DNA of 64,000 nucleotides from an uncultured Thiomicrospira sp. (GTDB lineage Bacteria; Pseudomonadota; Gammaproteobacteria; CAKMZV01): NCBI GenBank assembly GCA_965195345.1, contig OZ239628.1, positions 1,120,001 to 1,184,000 of the forward strand, read 5' to 3'. Shown piece by piece: positions 11,235 to 19,237 of this stretch (position 1 is its first letter; each line of letters starts with the position of its first letter). The notes under the pieces were generated by a model. It saw only the letters and a program-made list of their open reading frames with translations, ran no database searches and was not told where the DNA came from. The position numbers and the translations under genes were made by a program.

Positions 11235-12386
11235 CTACAAGCGCTTCTTTTTCATGGCATTGTGCCATTCATCTTCTTCAATATGTAAGTAGCGTTGCGT
11301 CGTTTCAAGGCTCTCGTGTCTTGCTGTTGCTTTAAGAAACCGCATATCAACACCGCTATCGGCTAAATGTGTCAAACCAGTGTGTCGCAACCAATGTGTA
11401 GAGGTTTTTCTCAATCGCTCAGCTTCATAAGGATCAACGTGTTCAAGCTCTAATGCAGCTTCAGCAACGCAACCTTTGACAATTCTATAAACCATATCCG
11501 CTGTTATCGCACGAGTTCCATCCAGTGAAGTGAGCAAAGGTTCATGGGAAGAGGGGGTAGGGGTGGCAGGTAGATTGCGGTGTAGTCGATAACGCTCTAA
11601 CGATTTCATCATCTCTTCTGATACGGGGACTTTCCTTGTTTTATTACCTTTTCCATGAATAAGCCACCACCAATTACCCCTGTCTTTGTAAAAACTACTC
11701 ATAGAATGCTTTACCACTTCGCTAACACGAGGCATCTGTAAATAAAGTAATGCAAATAAAAAACGCATTCGTTCCTTTTTGGCGATTTCTTTGGGGTCAT
11801 TAGATTGCTTACTTTCAATAAAGCGCCAAAGGAAATCCCACAGTTCCCGTGGTAGATAGCGCTCAATAGTTGCACGTTTGTCAACATTTCTACGGCCACT
11901 TTTTCCCATCAAGCGTATAGGATTACCTCTGAGATACCCTGCGTCAGTGAGGAATGAGAAACAACGTCCAAGAATAGTTAAAGCTAATTCGCGACTGGGA
12001 TCAGATAATGGACCAGAAAAAGGTTTCCAATGTTTATGATGTCGCGGGCGTTTTGGTCCACACCAAACTTCTGCTGGTGACGGATTACGCATAAAGCGCC
12101 AATAAGCGGTTATGTCCTCAACATCAAGGCTTGATATTGGCTTTCGGCAATCTACCAAGCACCAGCGATACAAACGTTCGACTTCTTTGCGATAGCTTCG
12201 GAAAGTTTGCGGTGAGTCTCGATATAAATTCAACCACGCCCCAATGGCTTCCAAATCATCATCCGCTTTAATCAAAGAAGATGGGGTGGCATTTCGATTA
12301 GTACCGAAACGGCCATTGAGCGTGTCAGGGAGAGTTAATGGCGTTTCAATGGGTTTGATAAGATCTTTGGAATTGTGCATGCGCAT
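11235..12386 (-). CDS. Tyrosine site-specific recombinase, single copy, transcribed away from the prophage array
   Basis: Catalytic residues R (MPRVSE), K (GKGNK), HxxR (HWLRH), H and Y (RHESLETTQRY); N-terminal RSYRKE..R and WKPFSGPLS..S. Confidence 0.93.
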   Translation of the reverse strand: MRMHNSKDLIKPIETPLTLPDTLNGRFGTNRNATPSSLIKADDDLEAIGAWLNLYRDSPQTFRSYRKEVERLYRWCLVDCRKPISSLDVEDITAYWRFMRNPSPAEVWCGPKRPRHHKHWKPFSGPLSDPSRELALTILGRCFSFLTDAGYLRGNPIRLMGKSGRRNVDKRATIERYLPRELWDFLWRFIESKQSNDPKEIAKKERMRFLFALLYLQMPRVSEVVKHSMSSFYKDRGNWWWLIHGKGNKTRKVPVSEEMMKSLERYRLHRNLPATPTPSSHEPLLTSLDGTRAITADMVYRIVKGCVAEAALELEHVDPYEAERLRKTSTHWLRHTGLTHLADSGVDMRFLKATARHESLETTQRYLHIEEDEWHNAMKKKRL

Positions 12387-12442
12387 CTCATTAAATTTTC
12401 AATTTAATGATTATAACATCTTGTTAAAAAAGAATATATGTA

Positions 12443-12470
12443 ATTCGTGATTATGAAGATAATCACGAAT
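12443..12470 (+). other. Recombination site A1: perfect 11-6-11 palindrome ATTCGTGATTA-TGAAGA-TAATCACGAAT
   Basis: Arms are exact reverse complements; about 57 bp upstream of the recombinase start; marks the left edge of the repeated unit. Confidence 0.85.
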
Positions 12471-12577
12471 GGAGGCTAAAAACTGCCGGATATTTAAGCA
12501 ATGAAAACGGAAATAATCGATCAAATTATGAACCGCTTATATCGTTCGAATCTTCTAAAAAATCACGGGTCAAGGAA

Positions 12578-12856
12578 ATGATTGTTGATGAACTTGGTGA
12601 AGTTGGTGCAAATGCTTTAGAACAGCTATACAACAAGTATTTGCGCCCTTATGACGTTAATCAAATAGGCATAAATGGGATATATAGAATTATTAATAAA
12701 TTTGATGCCTCATTCCTCTCTACTTTCGCTTTTAGATTGAAAACAAAAGAATACAGCTTTATCGCTAACGTGATCGCCGACATGCTACGCACGGACGAAT
12801 TAGGCGGTGATGAAACAATGGATATTCCTGTTTTTACCGCCGTGAAAATAGCCTAA
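12578..12856 (+). CDS. Hypothetical protein; frame is open back to site A1 (candidate inverted C-terminal half of the repressor)
   Basis: No stop from codon GAA at 12455 to ATG 12578; conserved in unit 2. Confidence 0.65.
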   Translation: MIVDELGEVGANALEQLYNKYLRPYDVNQIGINGIYRIINKFDASFLSTFAFRLKTKEYSFIANVIADMLRTDELGGDETMDIPVFTAVKIA

Positions 12857-12879
12857 AGCCCCAATATAACGGGGCTTTC
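12856..12879. terminator. Hairpin, likely bidirectional terminator between convergent ORFs
   Basis: AAAGCCCC-N8-GGGGCTTT; equivalent near 26690-26713. Confidence 0.6.
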
Positions 12880-12898
12880 AGCGTTCTAAACCTTTGAT

Positions 12899-13258
12899 TT
12901 ACTTCGTCTCGTGATTATCTTCAGAGTTACGAACGTCATCAACCAGTTCAAAGCCAGTATATTGGGCGTATTTATGCGCCCACCATTGAGCGATTGACTT
13001 GTCTTTACGCGGGTCTTTGATCGCTCTTTGATAGTTTGATGCTGCGATCAATGCAAGCGGGTTTTCATTGAGTAAATCAGAGAAAACAAGACATGCACGA
13101 TCATCGAAAGAGTTTATCTCTTTTCTATAGCTTGATAGGGCTTGTTGTGATATTGATGTTTGTTTCCAAATTTTATAATCTGAATTGACACCAAGCGCAT
13201 TTTTAACGCGATCTAAGTATTCCGCCGTTGTTGGTATGTTTAGCATTTTTCCGTCCAT
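12899..13258 (-). CDS. Phage immunity repressor (N-terminal HTH), unit 1
   Basis: SDYKIWKQTSISQQALSSYR helix-turn-helix pattern; divergent from the early operon. Confidence 0.75.
   Translation of the reverse strand: MDGKMLNIPTTAEYLDRVKNALGVNSDYKIWKQTSISQQALSSYRKEINSFDDRACLVFSDLLNENPLALIAASNYQRAIKDPRKDKSIAQWWAHKYAQYTGFELVDDVRNSEDNHETK
12907..12934 (-). other. Recombination site B1, inverted, inside the repressor 3' end: GTTCGTAACTC-TGAAGA-TAATCACGAGA
   Basis: Shares 15 contiguous bp (TGAAGATAATCACGA), including the whole spacer, with site A1 on the opposite strand. Confidence 0.75.
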
Positions 13259-13282
13259 TGGTATAGTACATAATTAAAGTAT

Positions 13283-13360
13283 ACAATAAATATGGTTCAA
13301 CCATTACTATGTTATAAACCATAATCATGGTTGACTTATACTCCATAATCATGGTATATT
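13283..13360 (+). promoter_or_regulatory. Early promoter (TTGACT-18-TATATT) overlapped by four ACCAT-N4-ATGGT-like operators
   Basis: -35 at 13331, extended -10 at 13355; operator-like palindromes near 13283, 13300, 13318, 13342. Confidence 0.7.
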
Positions 13361-13518
13361 CTTGGCATGGACAAAATGCTAAACGAAAAAACCGCCATCA
13401 ATCTATCAAACTCAACGAAATCAAAAGCGGTTATTAGCATACCGTCCATTGATTGGAGAGCGGGCGTTTTTTCTATGGAAACGCCCATTCTCCACCTTTT
13501 AACCAATGGAGCAAACTA

Positions 13519-13734
13519 ATGAGTAAACCTAAACTAACGATAGCAAAATTTAATAAGCAAGGACAAGTTGTCTATTATCTGTACGACAAAAAAGGAAAGC
13601 GATATAAGCTATATCATGATTTTCATTATAGCGATCTGGGCTTATACAAAGTTGATCCAGAATTACATGAACGCTTGAAGTTTGAATTTGGAATCATCAA
13701 CGAAATAATAGATAACGAACCAGGCGAGCGATGA
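13519..13734 (+). CDS. Phage early hypothetical protein (71 aa)
   Basis: GGAG RBS before ATG; identical protein in unit 2; overlaps next start. Confidence 0.7.
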   Translation: MSKPKLTIAKFNKQGQVVYYLYDKKGKRYKLYHDFHYSDLGLYKVDPELHERLKFEFGIINEIIDNEPGER

Positions 13735-14006
13735 ACACAACGACCAATAACCCTTTAATTGATAGGTTTTTAAAAGCGTCGCAAGAATTGCGTGCTGAAC
13801 AAGAAGCAGTTGAAAAAACCATCATTGAAGCTGGTGGCACTATAACTCCAGAAATGCTATTAGTACCAGAAGAAACCTCAATGAAATATTTAAACGCTTT
13901 AATATCTGTAACAGAACTTGCACGGGCGAGTGAATTCATCCGAGCCGATGTACTTAAACCAGATAGCAAAATTGAAGCAAACATTGCAAGCGAAACAATC
14001 CACTAA
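13731..14006 (+). CDS. Phage early hypothetical protein
   Basis: ATGA coupling; identical in unit 2. Confidence 0.7.
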   Translation: MNTTTNNPLIDRFLKASQELRAEQEAVEKTIIEAGGTITPEMLLVPEETSMKYLNALISVTELARASEFIRADVLKPDSKIEANIASETIH

Positions 14007-14011
14007 TCAAA

Positions 14012-14284
14012 ATGAGCGCACAAAGTAAAAAAGAGAGTTGGCGCGAGGCGTACAGGAATACCGCGCTGGCTTTCGTTGTGTCGCTATTGGCGCACAAATA
14101 CATAGTAGCCCCTGCTCTATCATGGCACATTGAGCAAGGTGGGGATCAAACAACGTTTATTGTTGCTTTTTTAGTAACCAGCTTCTATACCCTGCTTTCG
14201 CTTGGTCGTAATTATTTCATTAGGCGTATGCACGTTAAAAATAAGGTATTGCCACCGATGCCACCCATCCCACGCGTGAAATGA
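14012..14284 (+). CDS. Small 2-TM phage membrane protein
   Basis: QSKKESWREA..N...S..RNYFIRR pattern; coupled to the MTase gene. Confidence 0.7.
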   Translation: MSAQSKKESWREAYRNTALAFVVSLLAHKYIVAPALSWHIEQGGDQTTFIVAFLVTSFYTLLSLGRNYFIRRMHVKNKVLPPMPPIPRVK

Positions 14285-15108
14285 AGTTGCCTCCGATCCT
14301 TAAATATTTAGGAGGTAAGCACTCTATTGCACCGCAAATAATTGCGCATTTTCCTGATCATCATACATACGTTGAGCCTTTTGGCGGTGCGGGTTCTGTT
14401 CTGTTCAGAAAGGAGCGTTCACGGGTTGAGGTTTACAACGATAAGTATGATCGCATTGTCAATTTGTTTTCTGTTTTGCGTTCTCCTGAACTTTCTGAAA
14501 AGTTACGCTCTTTATTAAAAAATACGCCCTATTCTAAAACTGAATTTTATCGATGTGCAGAGCAATCAGATGATCCAGTTGAAGACGCGCGGCGTCTTTT
14601 TGTAAGCGGGGCAATGTGTTTTGGAGGTTACAACAGTGGCAGAAATAGCATTACAGGATTTGCCCGTACTGCGGACGCAAACATAGCAAAAACTTACGCA
14701 AACAAGATTGAGCAGCTTGAACTTTTTACCGCCCGCCTGCAGGGAGTTACTTTTGAGAACGACAGTGCGGACAGAATAATAGAACTTTGGGATAGTACAA
14801 AAACGCTTTTCTATGTTGATCCGCCCTACTTACCAAGCACACGCAAACAAGCAAAATCCAAACAATATGCATACGAGATGAACGAGATGGATCACGTGGT
14901 GTTATTGGAGAGGTTAAAGAGTTGCGCAGGTATGGTGGTTTTGTCTGGTTATCCCTCTGATCTATATGATGAGTTTTTAGAGGGTTGGGAAACATTAGAC
15001 ATTAATAGCGTTGATGCAGGCAGCAACAAGCGCATTGATCGTGTATGGATAAAGCCAAATTCACACGCCCACCTGCCCCTATTCAATAAAGCGCAGGTAA
15101 TGGCATGA
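14281..15108 (+). CDS. Dam-family (D12 class) N6-adenine DNA methyltransferase, orphan
   Basis: KYLGGK, YVEPFGGAGSV, EVYND, FYVDPPY. Confidence 0.92.
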   Translation: MKLPPILKYLGGKHSIAPQIIAHFPDHHTYVEPFGGAGSVLFRKERSRVEVYNDKYDRIVNLFSVLRSPELSEKLRSLLKNTPYSKTEFYRCAEQSDDPVEDARRLFVSGAMCFGGYNSGRNSITGFARTADANIAKTYANKIEQLELFTARLQGVTFENDSADRIIELWDSTKTLFYVDPPYLPSTRKQAKSKQYAYEMNEMDHVVLLERLKSCAGMVVLSGYPSDLYDEFLEGWETLDINSVDAGSNKRIDRVWIKPNSHAHLPLFNKAQVMA

Positions 15109-15320
15109 AAAACTATACAAAATCAGATGCAACGCACTTACTGCAATGCCGTAGCTTTAATGGCAGTGTTGGAATTGATTATTCTATGGATTGCTTGCCA
15201 TTAAAAACAACAAAGAGAGGTATGGCTAAAGTTGTGGTTTTTGGTTTTCGTAGCTTTGTATCAGAGGATGTAAGGATCAGATATGTTAAACCTGATAGAT
15301 TGATCGAGAAAAGTAAATGA
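15105..15320 (+). CDS. Phage hypothetical protein
   Basis: Coupled overlaps both sides; conserved in unit 2. Confidence 0.65.
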   Translation: MKNYTKSDATHLLQCRSFNGSVGIDYSMDCLPLKTTKRGMAKVVVFGFRSFVSEDVRIRYVKPDRLIEKSK

Positions 15321-15658
15321 TCCAGCGCGTTAATCAAGATGTCTTTAATAGTGATTTTAAAACGCTTGTGAATGTAACCGTTGGCGAATGTACGCCTATT
15401 GCCAGCACTTATTTAATTCGTGGTATTGATTTTGTTGTGGTTGTGTTGTCGTGTGATCTGATTCATTTGAATGAAGAATTACAGCGCATTCCAGAACACG
15501 GCTTATTCAATGTGCATACTTTTTCAGTGTTCAATGCTGAAAAACGCGAAGCGGATGCCGGCAGGACAGAAGATGCGATCCATGCCAACCGCATTTATAA
15601 CTCGCGAGTTGAATACTATAAAAGCATAGAGTATCAAAAAGTGCAGGGCTTGACGTGA
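15317..15658 (+). CDS. Phage hypothetical protein
   Basis: Coupled overlaps; conserved in unit 2. Confidence 0.65.
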   Translation: MIQRVNQDVFNSDFKTLVNVTVGECTPIASTYLIRGIDFVVVVLSCDLIHLNEELQRIPEHGLFNVHTFSVFNAEKREADAGRTEDAIHANRIYNSRVEYYKSIEYQKVQGLT

Positions 15659-17205
15659 TGAGCGATTATTTTTCGCCCTTACCGCCCGCCCTCGCCCGCA
15701 TTGGCAATGCGCTTTCAGAAAATTACAAAGACTTTGAAGACTTTGAAAAAGGTTTTCAAGATGCGCCGTGCAGCCTTGATCTTGATGCTATTGAAAACGC
15801 CGGCGATCACATGGCGCATAAATGCTACGGCGCGCGTCTGCGCAACGGGGAAAAAGCTGTTTATGGCGTTGTGGGCGATGAATGCAGTAAATGGCGGGGC
15901 TATGCGGGGCTAACGCACACGGATGATGCCCTACTCGCCCGCGCTGAATCCTCAAGCTACTGGCGCAAGAAATGGAAGCAAGCAACGCTTCGCTGGTGGG
16001 CGCATACATTGATGAAAGAGGGATTAAACGCCAATTACATTGCTGATGATGTAGTCAACTTGGTAAATGAAGCACAAAAGCGTAGTAATAATTTGATGGC
16101 ACAGATGGTTGCCACGCATGAAGAGATGCCCACGTCTGCAAATACGATGGTATTACAAGATGCAATTGATAAATCGGTTAGTAATCCGCACATAAAGAAA
16201 GCAGAATTGATTGTGCGCCTGCGCGGTGCGCAGAAGTATGCGGATGAATTCGGGTATGTTTGCACATTCGTTACAGTTACAGCACCGTCAAAGTATCACG
16301 CGAGCAAATCAAGCAATCCAGATATAGACAATGCACCGCTTGAGAGCAATCCAAAGTATGAAGATTTTACCCCCCGCGAGACGTCTCAATATTTGGGGCT
16401 TGTGTGGAAGCGAGTGCGGGCGAAGTTTGGTCGCGATTGTTTAGATTATTTCGGTTTGCGGGTTGCTGAACCGCATCGCAACGGCACACCGCACCACCAT
16501 TATGTGATCTTTCACAAAAAAGAAGATACACAGCAGATGCGCGCCGTATTTCTTCATCAGGGACTAAAAGCGAGTGCGGGCGAATATGGAAGTAATCACC
16601 GCATTAAATTCAAAGCAATAGATCGCTCGCGGGGCGATGTTATTGCATACCTAATCAAATATTTAGCAAAGAACATACACAGCAGACGCGCGCCCCGCGA
16701 TTTATACGGAAATATTGGTTATGATGAAGCGTTGAAAGCGGTGACAGCGTGGGCAAAAGTCTGGGGTATTCGCCAGTTTGATCCCATAGGGATTCAACCT
16801 GTAGGCGTTTGGCGGGAATTACGGCGGGCATCGCGTGATTATTGCGGACGCAACGCCCGCAAGATTGCAGGCGACAAGTACCGCCCATTACGACAAGCAA
16901 TGCAGGCATCCACAGACGGCGATTATTATCGCTATATGAAGTTGATGCACCGCTACAGTAAAAAAATACGCCTATTGAAAGAAACAGTAAAAAACAAATA
17001 TGATGAAGATGTAACAAAAACGCAGGGGCTTTTATTTAAGGAAGCCAAGCCCGTCCAGATAATTACGCGCTTTATTAAATGGGTAATTGGAAAGGCAGAA
17101 GATTTGCTCGATGAAGCAGAACTTGAAGCATGGCAAATGAAGCAGCAGACGCAGGCGGGTATGCAGGCGATCGCGGGCGTTCGCCCCGCTGTAATGCAGT
17201 TATGA
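15655..17205 (+). CDS. Rolling-circle replication endonuclease (HUH, P2 gpA-like)
   Basis: FVTVTAPSKYH, RVAEPHRNGTPHHH, YLIKYLAKNI (YxxxY), AWA..WGIRQF, VWRELRR. Confidence 0.93.
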   Translation: MMSDYFSPLPPALARIGNALSENYKDFEDFEKGFQDAPCSLDLDAIENAGDHMAHKCYGARLRNGEKAVYGVVGDECSKWRGYAGLTHTDDALLARAESSSYWRKKWKQATLRWWAHTLMKEGLNANYIADDVVNLVNEAQKRSNNLMAQMVATHEEMPTSANTMVLQDAIDKSVSNPHIKKAELIVRLRGAQKYADEFGYVCTFVTVTAPSKYHASKSSNPDIDNAPLESNPKYEDFTPRETSQYLGLVWKRVRAKFGRDCLDYFGLRVAEPHRNGTPHHHYVIFHKKEDTQQMRAVFLHQGLKASAGEYGSNHRIKFKAIDRSRGDVIAYLIKYLAKNIHSRRAPRDLYGNIGYDEALKAVTAWAKVWGIRQFDPIGIQPVGVWRELRRASRDYCGRNARKIAGDKYRPLRQAMQASTDGDYYRYMKLMHRYSKKIRLLKETVKNKYDEDVTKTQGLLFKEAKPVQIITRFIKWVIGKAEDLLDEAELEAWQMKQQTQAGMQAIAGVRPAVMQL

Positions 17206-17264
17206 ACAAGCCAACGCGGGCGGGCGTTCCAAAGCTCTACCCGCGTTTTTTTGGTTTTTCTTAA

Positions 17265-17293
17265 AACTTGGACTTGTATCAATAACTGTACGG
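17265..17293 (+). other. Putative rolling-circle nick origin, unit 1
   Basis: AACTTG/GACTTGTATCAATAACTGT resembles the P2 ori (CTCG/GAGTCCTGTCAATAACTGT); preceded by a GC-rich hairpin at about 17213-17247. Confidence 0.65.
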
Positions 17294-17348
17294 AGATTTA
17301 GAAGAAAGGAAATATTTACCAGGGCAAAAAAATAATTAGAGGTGGTCA

Positions 17349-17525
17349 ATGGAAAAAATAGAAATTTACGAAGAAGCTTCTGAAATTGAGGAGGCTACCA
17401 CGCGCATACTGCAAAGCATGAAAGCGCAATTATTGCCTGCAGAAGTACGGACGTTGTTACAGCGCACAGCTGTATTGAATTTAAGAATGGCAAGCGCGAT
17501 TAAAAAACTACAGGAGGAGCGGTAA
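17349..17525 (+). CDS. Phage hypothetical protein (58 aa, below ORF-track cutoff)
   Basis: GAGGT RBS; homolog of 31852-32034. Confidence 0.65.
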   Translation: MEKIEIYEEASEIEEATTRILQSMKAQLLPAEVRTLLQRTAVLNLRMASAIKKLQEER

Positions 17526-17758
17526 TGACGGAATTTATATGCAAGGCGGTTATAGATGGATTGGATTCAGAAATATACAAGAATACTCAAAACAGGCTAT
17601 ATGCGAAAAATGTTAATGGCATGATGAGTTTTCAAACGAAGAAAGGACAAGCACACCTTCAAAGCCTGATTGACAAGGCAAACAAAGTGCCACCGCCTGC
17701 AACAGATGACAATTCACAAGAGGATGATCCAGATGATGATAGTATCTTCTTAATTTAA
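17525..17758 (+). CDS. Phage hypothetical protein, possible transcription factor by position
   Basis: GGAG RBS, TAATG coupling; position between Rep and ATPase. Confidence 0.55.
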   Translation: MTEFICKAVIDGLDSEIYKNTQNRLYAKNVNGMMSFQTKKGQAHLQSLIDKANKVPPPATDDNSQEDDPDDDSIFLI

Positions 17759-17767
17759 AGGTAGAAC

Positions 17768-18229
17768 ATGAGCAAAGAAAACACAAACACCATTGATACC
17801 AGTGATGAAACCATCAATAAAGGCTGGGACACGATAGAAACTACTATTATTGATAATCCTGTCATTGATCCAATTGAACCAGATGAACAAGCAGAAGAAC
17901 AAGCAGCTGAACACGATGATGCAGAATGCGCGGATATGCTTTATAAAATGCTGAAAATGGGACTGGGTAACAGCAAAGTCAATGTTGATATTACGAAAAT
18001 AGATGAAGAAATAATGAAATGCGCTCAATCATGGAATGCTTTTATTAACAAAAGATTTGGTGGTATGCATGGTTTTCTTGAACGCTACGGCGTTGAAGTA
18101 ATGATGGTATTCAATACAGGATATTTGCTTTTTACAGCAGCTGATCATAGAAAAGCACCCACTGATCAAGAAGAGGTCAAAGCTGGTGCAGCACCTAAAA
18201 CAACCACGCAAACAATAGACCCATTATGA
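17768..18229 (+). CDS. Phage hypothetical protein preceding the ATPase
   Basis: Acidic N-terminus, hydrophobic segment near C-terminus; homolog in unit 2. Confidence 0.65.
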   Translation: MSKENTNTIDTSDETINKGWDTIETTIIDNPVIDPIEPDEQAEEQAAEHDDAECADMLYKMLKMGLGNSKVNVDITKIDEEIMKCAQSWNAFINKRFGGMHGFLERYGVEVMMVFNTGYLLFTAADHRKAPTDQEEVKAGAAPKTTTQTIDPL

Positions 18230-18885
18230 GAAAAGACGGAAAAATCACGCTTATATTAGGCGTTACTGGATCGGGTAAAACATCGATCGCAAAGGCTTTG
18301 ATGAAATCGCACAAGCGTATATTAGCGTATGATCCAAAACTGGAATTTTGCCAGTTATCAGGATTTGTTAAAACAGAAAGCCAACGTCAATTGTTGGAAA
18401 AACTAAAAGCAACAAAGGCAAGTGGGCGAATCGCGCATTGTGTCGCGCAATCCTCGAAAGAATTTGACTTTTTCACGCGATGCTTTAGCAATTGGGCGCG
18501 TCAAAAGGAATGCACGGCCGTTGTTGAAGAATTAGCAGCTGTTACCAGTGTAGGAAAGGCGCGCGATGGTTGGAATATAGCAGTCAATCAATCAAGAGCA
18601 TTAGGAGCTAATGTATTAGTTTTGGCACAAAAACCCGAAGAGATAGATAAAAGCACACTGGATCAAGCAAAAGAGATTTATTGTTGTCAAGTGTCGGCGA
18701 AGACTGCAAGCTATATGGGCGATCGCTTTGGATTAGATGCTAAAGCATTAAAATCATTTCCAAGTGAACCATTGAAGTTTATTCGCATAATTGCAGGTAA
18801 AGGATTAGATTTGTCGAATGGTAAAATTCAATTCAAAGATAAAGAACCGATGCTTTACAATGGGAAGAAAGAATTAAAGGGGTAG
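18226..18885 (+). CDS. Genome-packaging ATPase, FtsK/HerA type (PM2 P9-like)
   Basis: Walker A GVTGSGKT, Walker B AVVEE, arginine finger QSRALG, AQKP. Confidence 0.9.
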   Translation: MRKDGKITLILGVTGSGKTSIAKALMKSHKRILAYDPKLEFCQLSGFVKTESQRQLLEKLKATKASGRIAHCVAQSSKEFDFFTRCFSNWARQKECTAVVEELAAVTSVGKARDGWNIAVNQSRALGANVLVLAQKPEEIDKSTLDQAKEIYCCQVSAKTASYMGDRFGLDAKALKSFPSEPLKFIRIIAGKGLDLSNGKIQFKDKEPMLYNGKKELKG

Positions 18886-18887
18886 AG

Positions 18888-19145
18888 ATGAGCACAAACA
18901 AACAAGCATTAGCAATATTTGAGAACGACAAGCTAAACCATGTTTTATATGGTGCAGTTGCGGGCGGTCTTGGTATAGCTATGACTGGATCAATGACGGG
19001 TGGCTTGTTCGTTTCGGCTCTTGTTGCTGGTGGCGTTGAAATCTACGATTATGTTACAGGACGAGGAACGTCTTCTTTTCTTGATTTTCTCGCAACGATC
19101 AGCATCCCTGCTTTGTTATTCGCGGTTGAGTTGCTTATTAAGTAA
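18888..19145 (+). CDS. Small membrane protein (VanZ/YfiM-like motif)
   Basis: DK.NH..YG...EIYD...G..SFLDFLAT; homolog at 40957, absent from unit 2. Confidence 0.6.
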   Translation: MSTNKQALAIFENDKLNHVLYGAVAGGLGIAMTGSMTGGLFVSALVAGGVEIYDYVTGRGTSSFLDFLATISIPALLFAVELLIK

Positions 19146-19172
19146 CAATCCCCCCAACCGCGAAAACATGTG

Positions 19173-19197
19173 AAGCACCCTGCGGGGTGCTTTTTTT
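19173..19197. terminator. Terminator between convergent phage and cargo genes
   Basis: AAGCACCC-TGCG-GGGTGCTT plus T-run; recurs near 41279 and 43344. Confidence 0.8.
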
Positions 19198-19237
19198 ATT
19201 CTTTATTTATCGGGTCGTCATTTTTCTGTATTTCATA

